Source: an uncultured Chloroflexia bacterium
Lineage (GTDB): Bacteria > Chloroflexota > Limnocylindria > Limnocylindrales > CSP1-4
Direction: 5' to 3'
Assembly (NCBI GenBank): GCA_963707215.1
Contig: CAVPPB010000002.1
Span: forward strand, 192,001-256,000
Length of the DNA: 64,000 nucleotides
The notes below the pieces were generated by a model. That model worked only from the letters and a program-made list of their open reading frames with translations. It did no database searches and had not been told where the DNA came from. The position numbers and the translations under genes were made by a program. The first letter of the stretch is position 1; every line of letters starts with the position of its first letter. Of the stretch, positions 28,967 to 37,956 are shown piece after piece.

Positions 28967-31279
28967 CTAGTTCCGCAATGGCTTCCCGGTCTTGAGCATG
29001 TGGCGCATGCGGTCGCGGGTCAGCGGCTCGCCGAGCAGCCGCAGGAACGCCTCACGCTCGAGGTCGAGGAGATGGTCCTCGCTCACGAGGGTGCCCTCGG
29101 CGACATCCCCGCCCGACATCACCCCGGCCAGCTCCAGGACGATCCGACGATCGTGCGTGCTCATCCGGCCGGCACTGAGCTCGTTGAAGGTCAGGGCCTC
29201 CGCGGCGGCGATCCCGCGGCGCCCAAGGACTGGGACAGGGGCTCCGGCCGGAGGGCGGTAGCCACCGTCGGCGAGGGTCCGCGCGGTCCGGGCCGCGTCG
29301 AGCCATTGGCGGTCGGGGTCCGCGGTGATCCGGTCGGCCTCGGTGAGCAGCCACATCTCGCGCGCCTCGACGGCGCTCGTCGCCACGCGGGCCATCGCGA
29401 TCGAGAGGAACACGTGCTGGAAGGCGGGGAACACGTCCGTGCCGGCCCCCGGGGCGACGCTGAGCGCCGCCCGACGGGCCATGGTCGCCGAGCCTCCGCC
29501 GGCCGGGACCAGCCCGACCCCGACCTCGACGAGGCCGACGTACGTCTCGGCGAGAGCCTGGATCCGGGCTGCTCCGAGCATCAGCTCCGCCCCGCCGCCG
29601 AGCGTCCGGCCACGCGGCGCTACGACGGTCGGAACCGGCGCGTAGCGGAGGGCGGTCGTGACGGCCTGGAAACGACGGACCGCCCGATCGAGCTCGTCCC
29701 ACTCGCCGTCCTCCGCCTCGACGACAAGGAGGACGAGGTTGGCCCCGGCGCTGAAGTCGGGCGCGGCGGTGCCCACGACGAGCCCGTCGTACCGCTCGGC
29801 CGCCAGGTCAATAGCCCGGCGCAGGATGTCCATCGTGTCCAGGCCGATGATGTTCAGCTTGCCGTGGAGCTCGACGCCGAGGATGCCGTCGGGGAGCTCG
29901 ACGACCGAGGCCGCCGCGTTCGACGGCAGGCCCGCCACGGCTCCCGCCGATCGGGCTGCCGCCAGGTCGATGGGCGGCGGTGCAGCGGGCGGCGGTTCGT
30001 GCGAGTTCTGCCGGAAGCTCCAGGCTCGGCCGTCGTCGTAGTAGGGCGGCGGCGGGGCCGAGGTCGCATCGGCGAGCAGCGCCCGGCCGGCATCACCGAG
30101 CCCATCGATCGTCTCGAGCGGCCCGAGCTTCCAGCCGAAGCCCCAGCGCATCGCCGCGTCCACGCTCCACGCATCGTCCGCGAGCCCGGGCGCGACCGCC
30201 GCCGCGTAGCGGAGCTCGCCGGCCAGCAGGCGGCCCAGGAACTCGGCGGCCGTGTCCCCACCGGTCCCGGCTCCGGCGAGGAGGAGCCCCAGCCGTCGCG
30301 ATGGATCCGGCTCCGCCCGGGCAGCCTCGACGACCCGTGAGGCGACCCGACGGCGCGAGCGGTACTCGCCGGTGTCGAAGTCGAGCGCGAGGATCTCCCC
30401 GTCGGGCTCGCGACGGAAGAAGCCCACCCCGGCCTTCGCGCCGAGCGCCCCGTGCTCCACGAGCCCACGCATGACCGGCGGGACGTCGAACGCCTCGGGA
30501 TCGGGATCGTCGGCCAGGGCGGCGTGACAGTGGTCGGCCACCGCGAGCGCGACGTCGATCCCGACCAGGTCCAGGGTCCGGAAGGTGGCGCTCTTCGGCC
30601 GCCCGATCAGCTCGCCCGTCAGCTCGTCGACCTCGTCCGGTCCGAGGCCGAGCTCCAGCGCCAGGCGCAACGTCGCGAGCAGCCCGTGGACCCCCAGGCG
30701 GTTGGCGATGAAGGCCGGCGTGTCACGGGCGACGACCGTTCCCTTGCCCAGGAGGAGCGACGCGTACTCGGCAAGCTCGGCCATGTGCCCCCGATCGCTC
30801 TCGGCGTGCGGCACGAGCTCCAGCAGTCGGGCGTACCGGGGCGGGTTGAAGAAGTGGGTGCCGAAGAAGCGCGCCCTGAACGCCTCCGACCGTCCGTCGG
30901 TCAGCTCGGCGATCGACAGGCCGCTCGTGTTGGTCGTCACGAGTGGGCGGTCGCGCCCAGCGGGCAGGGCGGCGTCGACGCGGGCGAAGAGCTCGTGCTT
31001 CGGCCCGGCCTGCTCGATGATCGCCTCGATCACCCAGTCCGCGATCGCGATGGCCGGCTCGAGCTCGCCCAGGCCGCCGGTCCGGATCCGGACCAGGTCC
31101 GACCTGCTGTAGAGGGGGGACGGCTTGAGCCGGGTCGCGCGCTCGAGGCCCTTGGCCGCCACCTCGGCGTCGACGTCGAGGAGGGTCACCCGCGAGCCAG
31201 CACCGGCGATGAGGCAGGCGAGCTGGGCGCCCATCGTCCCGGCTCCCAGGACCGTGACAGCGGGGAAGCGAGGGATCAT
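28967..31279 (-). CDS. fadN: 3-hydroxyacyl-CoA dehydrogenase / enoyl-CoA hydratase
   Basis: GAGTMG, TNTSG, HFFNPPRY, FSAGAN, LGGGAE, C-terminal GKPLRN; fadN-fadA-fadE order. Confidence 0.9.
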   Translation of the reverse strand: MIPRFPAVTVLGAGTMGAQLACLIAGAGSRVTLLDVDAEVAAKGLERATRLKPSPLYSRSDLVRIRTGGLGELEPAIAIADWVIEAIIEQAGPKHELFARVDAALPAGRDRPLVTTNTSGLSIAELTDGRSEAFRARFFGTHFFNPPRYARLLELVPHAESDRGHMAELAEYASLLLGKGTVVARDTPAFIANRLGVHGLLATLRLALELGLGPDEVDELTGELIGRPKSATFRTLDLVGIDVALAVADHCHAALADDPDPEAFDVPPVMRGLVEHGALGAKAGVGFFRREPDGEILALDFDTGEYRSRRRVASRVVEAARAEPDPSRRLGLLLAGAGTGGDTAAEFLGRLLAGELRYAAAVAPGLADDAWSVDAAMRWGFGWKLGPLETIDGLGDAGRALLADATSAPPPPYYDDGRAWSFRQNSHEPPPAAPPPIDLAAARSAGAVAGLPSNAAASVVELPDGILGVELHGKLNIIGLDTMDILRRAIDLAAERYDGLVVGTAAPDFSAGANLVLLVVEAEDGEWDELDRAVRRFQAVTTALRYAPVPTVVAPRGRTLGGGAELMLGAARIQALAETYVGLVEVGVGLVPAGGGSATMARRAALSVAPGAGTDVFPAFQHVFLSIAMARVATSAVEAREMWLLTEADRITADPDRQWLDAARTARTLADGGYRPPAGAPVPVLGRRGIAAAEALTFNELSAGRMSTHDRRIVLELAGVMSGGDVAEGTLVSEDHLLDLEREAFLRLLGEPLTRDRMRHMLKTGKPLRN

Positions 31280-31457
31280 GGGGCCCACCCGGCGGCGGCC
31301 ACCATGAGATCGGCCTCGCTGGGACGGGCGGGGCCCGGCGTCAGGGTGGGTGGGGCCATCGGATGGCCGGTCACTCGCAACGCTCCCCGCCGTGCGGCGG
31401 GCCAGGCGACGACGGCCAGCCGCACGGACAGCCAGACGGTCGTCTGACCCGCGTCGG

Positions 31458-31486
31458 ACGCTACGACCCGGTCACGGCAGTGTCAA
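31458..31486 (-). promoter_or_regulatory. Sigma70-type promoter for the fad operon
   Basis: Minus strand TTGACA-17 nt-TAGCGT. Confidence 0.55.
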
Positions 31487-31591
31487 CGACAAACGACCCC
31501 CAACAGCCGGGCATGCCGGCCCGACCGGCGCGCCACCCCGCGAACGCGAGACCCCGCCGGCCGGTCGGACGCCGCGGGCCGCGGCACGCCG

Positions 31592-32611
31592 TCAGGGCTT
31601 GGGATTGGCCTCCAGGAATCCGTAGAGGGTGTCGGTCCAGTCGCTTGACGGGGTCGGGCTGTGGCCGCTGCCGTCGAGCGTCCAGAGCTGGACGGCAGCG
31701 CCGGTCGGACAGTCGTCGTAGCGCCTGACGGTGGTCTCGGCCCCGGCGACCCTCGCGTCGAGGTCGAGGCGCTGCGGCGCGTCCTCGGCGATCGTCCCGC
31801 AGCCGTCCTTCGCCGCCCACATGGCGACGGTCTCGGCCGCCCCCGGATAAGGGACCCCGGCCAGCTTCCCTCCATCGAAGGCGATCAGGAAGTCGGCCGT
31901 GCCGTGGAGCTGGGCGACGGAGACGGGCTCCGTGGGCCGGCAGCTGGCCGGGTCCGCCCAGACCGCGCCGGCAAGGCTGACGATCGCGGCGATCCTGTCC
32001 GAGAGGTCACACGCGAGGCGATGTGCCATGAAGCCGCCGTTCGAATGGCCGACGGCGAAGATCCGCTTCGGATCGATGGTGTAGCGGGCGCCGACATCGT
32101 CGATGACCGCCCTGAGATAGGCGACGTCGTCGACACCGGTCCGTCCGAAGTCGCAGCAGGCATCGGTTGCGTTCCAGAAGCGGAGGCCGTTCCCGCCGGG
32201 GACGCCGTTCGGCAGGGCCAGCAGGAATCCCCGCTCGTCCAGGATCGTGCCGAATCCGAACAGCTCGTCCGCCACGACACCATCCGTGCCGTAGCCGTGC
32301 AGCACGATGACCAGCGGCATCGGCGTCCCGGCGCGATAGCCGTTCGGCACCCGCAATGCGTAGGGGCGGGCCAGGATCAGCGGATCGCCGCTCGGTTCGG
32401 GCGTCGCCGTGCTCGGCTCGGGCGTCCCCGTGCTCGGTTCGGGCGTCGCCGTGCTCGGCTCGGGCGTCCCCGTGCTCGGCTCGGGCGTCCCCGTGCTCGG
32501 AGCATAGGTCGCGCTTCCCCCGTTACAGGCTGCGACCAGCCCGACGAGGGCGAGGACCGCGGGTCCGGTCCAACGGAGTGCTGAGAGCGGGGCGGAGCGC
32601 ATCTCGCCCAT
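31592..32611 (-). CDS. PHB-depolymerase/LpqC-like esterase lipoprotein
   Basis: Lipobox LVAAC; VLHG, WNATDACC, DDVAY, GHSNGG, LHGTAD, GSGH. Confidence 0.85.
   Translation of the reverse strand: MGEMRSAPLSALRWTGPAVLALVGLVAACNGGSATYAPSTGTPEPSTGTPEPSTATPEPSTGTPEPSTATPEPSGDPLILARPYALRVPNGYRAGTPMPLVIVLHGYGTDGVVADELFGFGTILDERGFLLALPNGVPGGNGLRFWNATDACCDFGRTGVDDVAYLRAVIDDVGARYTIDPKRIFAVGHSNGGFMAHRLACDLSDRIAAIVSLAGAVWADPASCRPTEPVSVAQLHGTADFLIAFDGGKLAGVPYPGAAETVAMWAAKDGCGTIAEDAPQRLDLDARVAGAETTVRRYDDCPTGAAVQLWTLDGSGHSPTPSSDWTDTLYGFLEANPKP
32390..32500. repeat. 21-nt tandem repeat x5 encoding PST(G/A)TPE linker
   Basis: GCTCGGYTCGGGCGTCSCCGT units. Confidence 0.9.
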
Positions 32612-32655
32612 ACAACCGCGCGACGCGCGAGAGTGCAACCCGATGCCTGCCGGAT

Positions 32656-32925
32656 GGGCAGGTTCGCGCTCATCGCCGCGACCGTCCTCGTGGTCCTGGT
32701 CCTGGTCCTGGTCCCGGCCGTCGGCCCCTTCTGCGAGCTGGCGCAGGCGCGGCCGCGCAACCTGGACTCGGAGCCCCGCTGGATCATCGCCATACCAGCG
32801 GCACTCGTCGTATCGTCGTCCAGCTGCTGGCAGCGATCTGGCGTCGGTCGTCGCTTCCCCTGCCTGTCGCGACCCCGGACATGGTGGCTCTCCGAAGCTC
32901 ACGTGGCGGGCATCCAGGGCGAGCC
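32656..32925 (+). pseudogene. Degenerate copy of the 3' end of the M28 peptidase gene (43033-43290)
   Basis: FALIAATVLV...LAQARPRNLDS...IPAALV aligns with FALVATTVLV...LAQPRPGNLDS...IPAALV; frameshifted. Confidence 0.8.
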
Positions 32926-33042
32926 CTGACGCCGGAGTGCCTCGACCGCGCCGGCAGCGAACATGCCACGCCGGCGCTTCGCTACGATCGCCTCCCCGCA
33001 TCGCCGGAGCCTGCCGGATCGGGGTCCAGGCGAAGGAGCGTC

Positions 33043-33330
33043 ATGGCGGTCAAGGTCATCGTCGAGCTGAAGGCCGAACCAGGGCGACGCGACGAGCTGC
33101 GATCGCTCATCGAGCAGCTCGCCACCCGCGATCGACCGAGCGGCTACCACGGGAGCACCTACTACGAGTCGCTCGACGACCCCGACCTGCTCATCGACAT
33201 CGCCGACTGGGAGTCGCCCGAAGCCCGGATGACGCACCTCGCGAAGGCCATGGCCGCCGGTTCGTACGGTCCGGTGCTCGAGTTGCTGGCGGGGCCCTTC
33301 CGGGCGACGGTCATCCGCCGGCTGCCCTGA
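33043..33330 (+). CDS. Antibiotic biosynthesis monooxygenase (ABM) family protein
   Basis: VELKAEPGRRDEL...DDPD...WESPEA; AAGGAG RBS. Confidence 0.8.
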   Translation: MAVKVIVELKAEPGRRDELRSLIEQLATRDRPSGYHGSTYYESLDDPDLLIDIADWESPEARMTHLAKAMAAGSYGPVLELLAGPFRATVIRRLP

Positions 33331-33402
33331 GCCCTGGATCCGCGTCTGGTACCGTCCGGCGACCCTCGGCACCCTCCGTCCGGGGCCAGTCGAGGTGTCC
33401 AC

Positions 33403-33990
33403 GTGGAACCGCTGCGTCCCGATCAGCAGCGCGCGGCTGCGCTGACGCTCGCCGAGGCGTTCGCGAACGACCCCCTGCTCGAGATCCTTGCCCCTGACCA
33501 GGCGCGGCGGGTGAAGCTCGGGCCGCCGATGATGGACATCCTCCTGGCATACGGCCTGCGCTACGGCCGCGTGTGGGCGAACGACGACGCGTCCGCCGTG
33601 GCGATCTGGCTCCATCCCGAGGGTGGGCCGATGACCATGCCCCGGATGCTCCGGGTCGGCATGTGGCGGGCGCCCTTCATCCTCGGGCTGCAGGGCATGG
33701 GCCGGATGTCGAGGGCGATGTCCGCCACCGAAGGCTTCCACAAGCAGGTGGAGGGGCCGCACTGGTATCTCATGACCATCGGGACCCGGATGGCCAGGCA
33801 GGGGCAGGGGCTCGGCTCGCAGCTCGTCGAGCTGGGGACGTCACAGGCGGATGATGCCGGTGTGCCCTGCTACCTCGAGACCGGGACGGACTCCAACATC
33901 GCCTTCTACCGGAAGCGCGGGTTCGAGATCATCGGCCAGGCGGACTGCTACGGGTACACGCTCACCGGCATGATCCGCCCGCCGCGATAG
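33403..33990 (+). CDS. GNAT acetyltransferase
   Basis: AFANDP, HWYL..IG, QGQGLG, YLET, NIAFYRKRGF. Confidence 0.9.
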   Translation: MEPLRPDQQRAAALTLAEAFANDPLLEILAPDQARRVKLGPPMMDILLAYGLRYGRVWANDDASAVAIWLHPEGGPMTMPRMLRVGMWRAPFILGLQGMGRMSRAMSATEGFHKQVEGPHWYLMTIGTRMARQGQGLGSQLVELGTSQADDAGVPCYLETGTDSNIAFYRKRGFEIIGQADCYGYTLTGMIRPPR

Positions 33991-33999
33991 CCGGCGAAC

Positions 34000-34015
34000 T
34001 GGCGCGCCCGCAGGG
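34000..34015 (-). repeat. att-like copy of tRNA-Arg 3' end (15/16)
   Basis: TGGCGCGCCCGCAGGG, intergenic. Confidence 0.7.
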
Positions 34016-34081
34016 GGGTGCTCCCCCACCCTGTTCGACGACCTGGCCTCAGTCAGTGGGTGCCCCTGCTAGCATCCACGG

Positions 34082-34999
34082 ATGCCTGGAGCGGCGCGGC
34101 CGCGGTCGTCCCTTCCCGCGACCTCCGCCGGCACGAGCACCCGCGCCTTCACCCCAGTCGACTGGGGGCTGCTGGTGATCGTCGCCCTCGGATGGGGCTC
34201 GTCGTTCTCCTTCATCGCGATCGGCCTCGGATCGTTCGCGCCAGGCGTGGTCACGATGGCGCGGATCGGGCTTGCCGCCGCGGTCCTGGCACTGTCCGCA
34301 CGGGCACGAGCGCCGGTCGCCCGCGACGACCTCGGTCGCATCGCTCTCCTGGGCGCCGCGTGGGTCGCCATCCCCTACACGCTCTATCCGATCGCCCAGC
34401 AGTGGATCGACTCGTCGGTCGCCGGGATGATCAACGGAGCCATGCCGATCTTCGCGGCGCTGTGGGCGACGCTGCTGCTGCGCCGTCCGCCAGGGTGGCG
34501 CCAGGTGCTCGGCATCGCCGTCGGGTTCGTCGGCATCGTCCTCGTCTTCGTGCCCGAGCTCCAGAGTGGCCCGTCCGCCGCTGGAGGGGCGCTGGTCGCG
34601 CTCCTGGCTGTCTCGTTCTTCGGTCTTGGCGTGAACCTGGCGGTTCCCTTGCAGCAGAAGTACGGAGCCCTGCCCGTGATCCTGCGGGCACAGGTCGCGG
34701 CCTTCGTCATGGTGCTGCCGCTCGGGCTGCTGGGCATCCCCGCGTCGACGTGGGCCTGGGACGCGGCGCTGGCCATGCTCCCGCTCGGCATCTTCGGCAC
34801 CGGCATCGCGTACGCGGCCATGGCCACGCTCGCCGGTCGCGTCGGCGGCTCGCGAGCCGCAGTCACGATCTACTTCGTCCCGCTCGTCGCCGTCGTCCTT
34901 GGCGTGGTCCTGCTCGGCGAGTCCGTCGCCCTGTCCGCCGTCGTCGGAGTCGCCCTGGTCCTGATCGGGGCCGTGAGCGCGTCCCGCCGAGAGCGCTAG
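34082..34999 (+). CDS. DMT/EamA transporter
   Basis: WGSSF, about ten hydrophobic helices, GTGIAY, LLGE. Confidence 0.9.
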   Translation: MPGAARPRSSLPATSAGTSTRAFTPVDWGLLVIVALGWGSSFSFIAIGLGSFAPGVVTMARIGLAAAVLALSARARAPVARDDLGRIALLGAAWVAIPYTLYPIAQQWIDSSVAGMINGAMPIFAALWATLLLRRPPGWRQVLGIAVGFVGIVLVFVPELQSGPSAAGGALVALLAVSFFGLGVNLAVPLQQKYGALPVILRAQVAAFVMVLPLGLLGIPASTWAWDAALAMLPLGIFGTGIAYAAMATLAGRVGGSRAAVTIYFVPLVAVVLGVVLLGESVALSAVVGVALVLIGAVSASRRER

Positions 35000-35152
35000 C
35001 CCTGTACCTCCGGTCCGCCCGGCCCGAGCCCAGGTCCGGTGCCTGCGCGACTCCGGATGCCGCTCGTGCTCCGAGCTGCGATTCGCCATGCCCGGTCCCC
35101 GGGCTTGCCATCCAGTGGACGCGCGGAGAGCGGCATCGGCGGAGCCGTCGGG

Positions 35153-35809
35153 TCAGGCCCGGTGCTCCACCGCGGGAGATCCGGGTCCGCGGAGTCCACC
35201 CACGAACGTGGCGACTGCCGTGTCCAGGAGCGACTCGGCGGTGTGGGTGTCGTCCTCGAATCGGATCTCGCGTTCCAGCACCAGGGTCACGATCCCGTGC
35301 AGCAGCGCCCAGCCGACGCGGGTCGTATCGACCGGGTCGCGTCCGGCAGGGATGGCACATGCCGCGACGCAGTCGCTGAAGAACGTGTAGGAGCCGCGAC
35401 CGGCAGCGACGGTCTCCGGGTACTCGGTGAAGGTCAGAGCGTGCTCGCCGAACAGCACGCGGTAGCGACCCCGGTTGCCAAGGCCGAACCGGACATACGC
35501 CCGCATGATGGCTTCGAGGCGTCCGAACGGCTCTGGCCCGACGGCCGCCGCCGCGGATCCCACTGCCGAGTGAAGTGCTCGGTATGCCTCCGCGGCAAGG
35601 TCAGCGAGCAGGGCCTCCTTGGTGGGGAAGTGGTGGTAGAGAGCGGCGTCTGACACGCCGAGCCGCCGCGCCACGGCGCGCAGGCTTGCCGAGTGCAGTC
35701 CGTCCTGGTCGATCAAGTCGCGCGTGCTGTCGAGGACGGCGGCACGGAGGTTCCCATGGTGGTACCGACCGGCCGGCTTGCCGCGATCAGGGTCGGGTGT
35801 CCGGTCCAT
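35153..35809 (-). CDS. TetR-family regulator (WHG-type C-terminus)
   Basis: YHHGNLR, SLRAVARRLGVS.AALYHHFPTKEALL, WALLHG. Confidence 0.9.
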   Translation of the reverse strand: MDRTPDPDRGKPAGRYHHGNLRAAVLDSTRDLIDQDGLHSASLRAVARRLGVSDAALYHHFPTKEALLADLAAEAYRALHSAVGSAAAAVGPEPFGRLEAIMRAYVRFGLGNRGRYRVLFGEHALTFTEYPETVAAGRGSYTFFSDCVAACAIPAGRDPVDTTRVGWALLHGIVTLVLEREIRFEDDTHTAESLLDTAVATFVGGLRGPGSPAVEHRA

Positions 35810-35837
35810 TGACGTCTATCTTAGCAGTGCTTAGACT
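35809..35837 (+). promoter_or_regulatory. Promoter with overlapping TetR-type operator
   Basis: TTGACG-17 nt-TAGACT; palindrome TCTTAGCA-G-TGCTTAGA at 35819-35835. Confidence 0.65.
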
Positions 35838-35889
35838 GGCCCGTACGCGCTCGGGCCGTCACGCGGCTCCGATTCCCAGGAGGGCTGCG

Positions 35890-36918
35890 ATGGCACGACA
35901 CGATCCAGGCCTGTACCGGCCGGCGGAAGACCGGCTCATCGGCCACTACGGTGTCGAGGTTCGCGAGCATCTCGTCCCGACTGGTGCTGACGGTCACACC
36001 GTGCGCGTCCTGGAGACCGGCTCGGGACCGGCCACGCTCTTCGTGCATGGCTCCCCGAATGCCGCGGCCACCTGGCTCGGGCTGGCGGCCCTGCTTCCGG
36101 ATCGGCGCTGCCTCATGCTCGAGCGACCCGGCGCCGGGCTCAGTCCGTCCATGCCCTGGACGGATCACCGGGCGCAGACCGTGCAGATCCAGTCGGCGGT
36201 CCTGGACCACCTCGAGGTGCGCGAGGTCGACACGGTGGGGTCCTCGTTCGGCGGCCTCTACGTGCTCAACCTCGCTCTCGCCCGTCCGGAGCGGGTGCGC
36301 CGCGTGTTGCTGATCGGTTCGCCTGGAGGGCTTGCATCGCTGCCCTATCCGGCCGTCATCCGCGGCCTGTCGCTCCCCATTCCCGCGTTCCTGCTCGCCA
36401 GGGCACTCAGGCCCGACTCGAGCGGCGCACGCGAGATGTTCGCCCAGATCGGGCACGATGAGTCCGTTCGCGCCGGAGCGATACCGCCGGTCGTCTTCGA
36501 CTGGTACTCCGCACTGCTCCGCCACACGGACACCCTGCCGAACCTCGCTCGCGAGGTGCGCGCCATCGCGACGCCGGTCGGCTATCGGGCTCGTGCGACC
36601 CTCGCCCCCCGGGACCTGGCTGGGCTCTCCCGGCCGGTCGACCTGGTGTGGGGAGGCCGCGACCCGTTCGCCACCCCGGCCCAGGCCGACGCAGCCGCGA
36701 CCGTCATGGGAGCACGGGTCGAGCATCATCCCGGGCTGGGGCACCTGCCCTGGATGGACGACCCAGCGCTGGTTGCCGACTCGATGCGGGCGCTCCTTGG
36801 GCCCGCGCCGCCGGCCTCACGTGTGACCCACGAGGCGCCGGCTGCACGCCCGGTGGCCCCCGGGCGCTCTGCCGTCGCGAACCGGCGCGTCCAGGTCGGG
36901 GGACGCCCCCGGCCATGA
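35890..36918 (+). CDS. Alpha/beta hydrolase
   Basis: FVHG, GSSFGG, WGGRDP, GHLPW. Confidence 0.88.
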   Translation: MARHDPGLYRPAEDRLIGHYGVEVREHLVPTGADGHTVRVLETGSGPATLFVHGSPNAAATWLGLAALLPDRRCLMLERPGAGLSPSMPWTDHRAQTVQIQSAVLDHLEVREVDTVGSSFGGLYVLNLALARPERVRRVLLIGSPGGLASLPYPAVIRGLSLPIPAFLLARALRPDSSGAREMFAQIGHDESVRAGAIPPVVFDWYSALLRHTDTLPNLAREVRAIATPVGYRARATLAPRDLAGLSRPVDLVWGGRDPFATPAQADAAATVMGARVEHHPGLGHLPWMDDPALVADSMRALLGPAPPASRVTHEAPAARPVAPGRSAVANRRVQVGGRPRP

Positions 36919-37577
36919 GCCTGCTCGGAGAGGCCTTGGCCACTGTCTGGCACAGGATGGGCGCCTGGCCCTATGACCGGATCTACCGTCGCGGGGCTCC
37001 ATGGGAGGGCGCGCCCCGCAAGGAGCTCGTCGAGCTGCTGGAGTCTGGTCGCCTGTCGCCAGTGGTGGCGGGCGGTCCCCGAGCGCTGGATGTGGGCTGC
37101 GGTTCGGGCGCAGACACGATCCTGCTGTCCGATCATGGCTTCGATGCTGTCGGGGTGGACTTCTCGACCGTCGCCCTGGAGAAGGCGAGGACGGCCGCGG
37201 GGGACCGCCCAGGCGTCTCGTTCGTGCAGGCCGATCTGTTCGCCCTCCCGGATCAGGTCACGGATCTGCAGTACGACCTGATCTTCGACGGCGGGACGCT
37301 CGATGACTTCCCGGCGGCCCGTCGCCAGGAGCTCGCCCGGATCCTCACCCGCCTGGCTCGACCAGGGGCCGTCCTGGTCCTGTGGTGCTTCTCCGCGGAT
37401 CCTGCCGAGCTCCCCCTGATGAGCCTCCGCGGACCCAGCAGGATGGGGGGTATCGGCGTCTCGCCGGCCGAGGTAGCAGCCAGCTTCGGGGCTGCCTGGG
37501 AGATCGAGCGGCTTGATGAGTCCCGGCCGGGAGGTAGGTCGGCCTTCTACTGGATGACGCGGCGATCTTCGGGGTGA
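36915..37577 (+). CDS. Class I SAM-dependent methyltransferase
   Basis: LDVGCGSG, GVDFS, YDLIFD; ATGA coupling. Confidence 0.9.
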   Translation: MSLLGEALATVWHRMGAWPYDRIYRRGAPWEGAPRKELVELLESGRLSPVVAGGPRALDVGCGSGADTILLSDHGFDAVGVDFSTVALEKARTAAGDRPGVSFVQADLFALPDQVTDLQYDLIFDGGTLDDFPAARRQELARILTRLARPGAVLVLWCFSADPAELPLMSLRGPSRMGGIGVSPAEVAASFGAAWEIERLDESRPGGRSAFYWMTRRSSG

Positions 37578-37701
37578 TGGGGCGGCCGGGCCTCGCTTCG
37601 GCCCGCGACCGATCAGCTCGCTGATCCGACGGCCACCCCCTGCGGGCCCGGAGATGGTGGCTCCCCGAGGCTGACGCGGTGGGCGGTCAAGGGCGAGCAC
37701 C

Positions 37702-37739
37702 TGGCGCGCCCGGAGGCGGTCGGGCGCGAAGGAACGACA
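37702..37739 (-). repeat. att-like site: tRNA 3' end (15/16) plus palindromic arm
   Basis: TGGCGCGCCCG-gaggcggt-CGGGCGCGAAGGAACGACA. Confidence 0.8.
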
Positions 37740-37956
37740 CGTGCTGGTCGACCGCGCGGGAAGTCGGGACGTTGTCCTCTAGCACGCGCCTTGCGAGAGC
37801 AGGACCGTGGGCCCCGACAGCCCATGGCCGGCCCGCCATCCGGGCGCGCGACCACGGGCTCCTGTGAGTGGAGGACGCGGCGGAGCAGATCGTATACGAC
37901 ACCGGATCGACGGTGGTCAGCCCCCGGCCACCGGGATGGAAGCACCTGGAGGGCGC

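Noticed and set aside
32390-32500. Tandem repeat as a CRISPR array
   Set aside because: No unique spacers, in frame within a CDS, no cas genes
33328-33403. ABM-GNAT readthrough fusion (same frame, single TGA)
   Set aside because: GNAT has its own GAGGTG RBS and GTG; an open 24-codon gap is unremarkable at this GC
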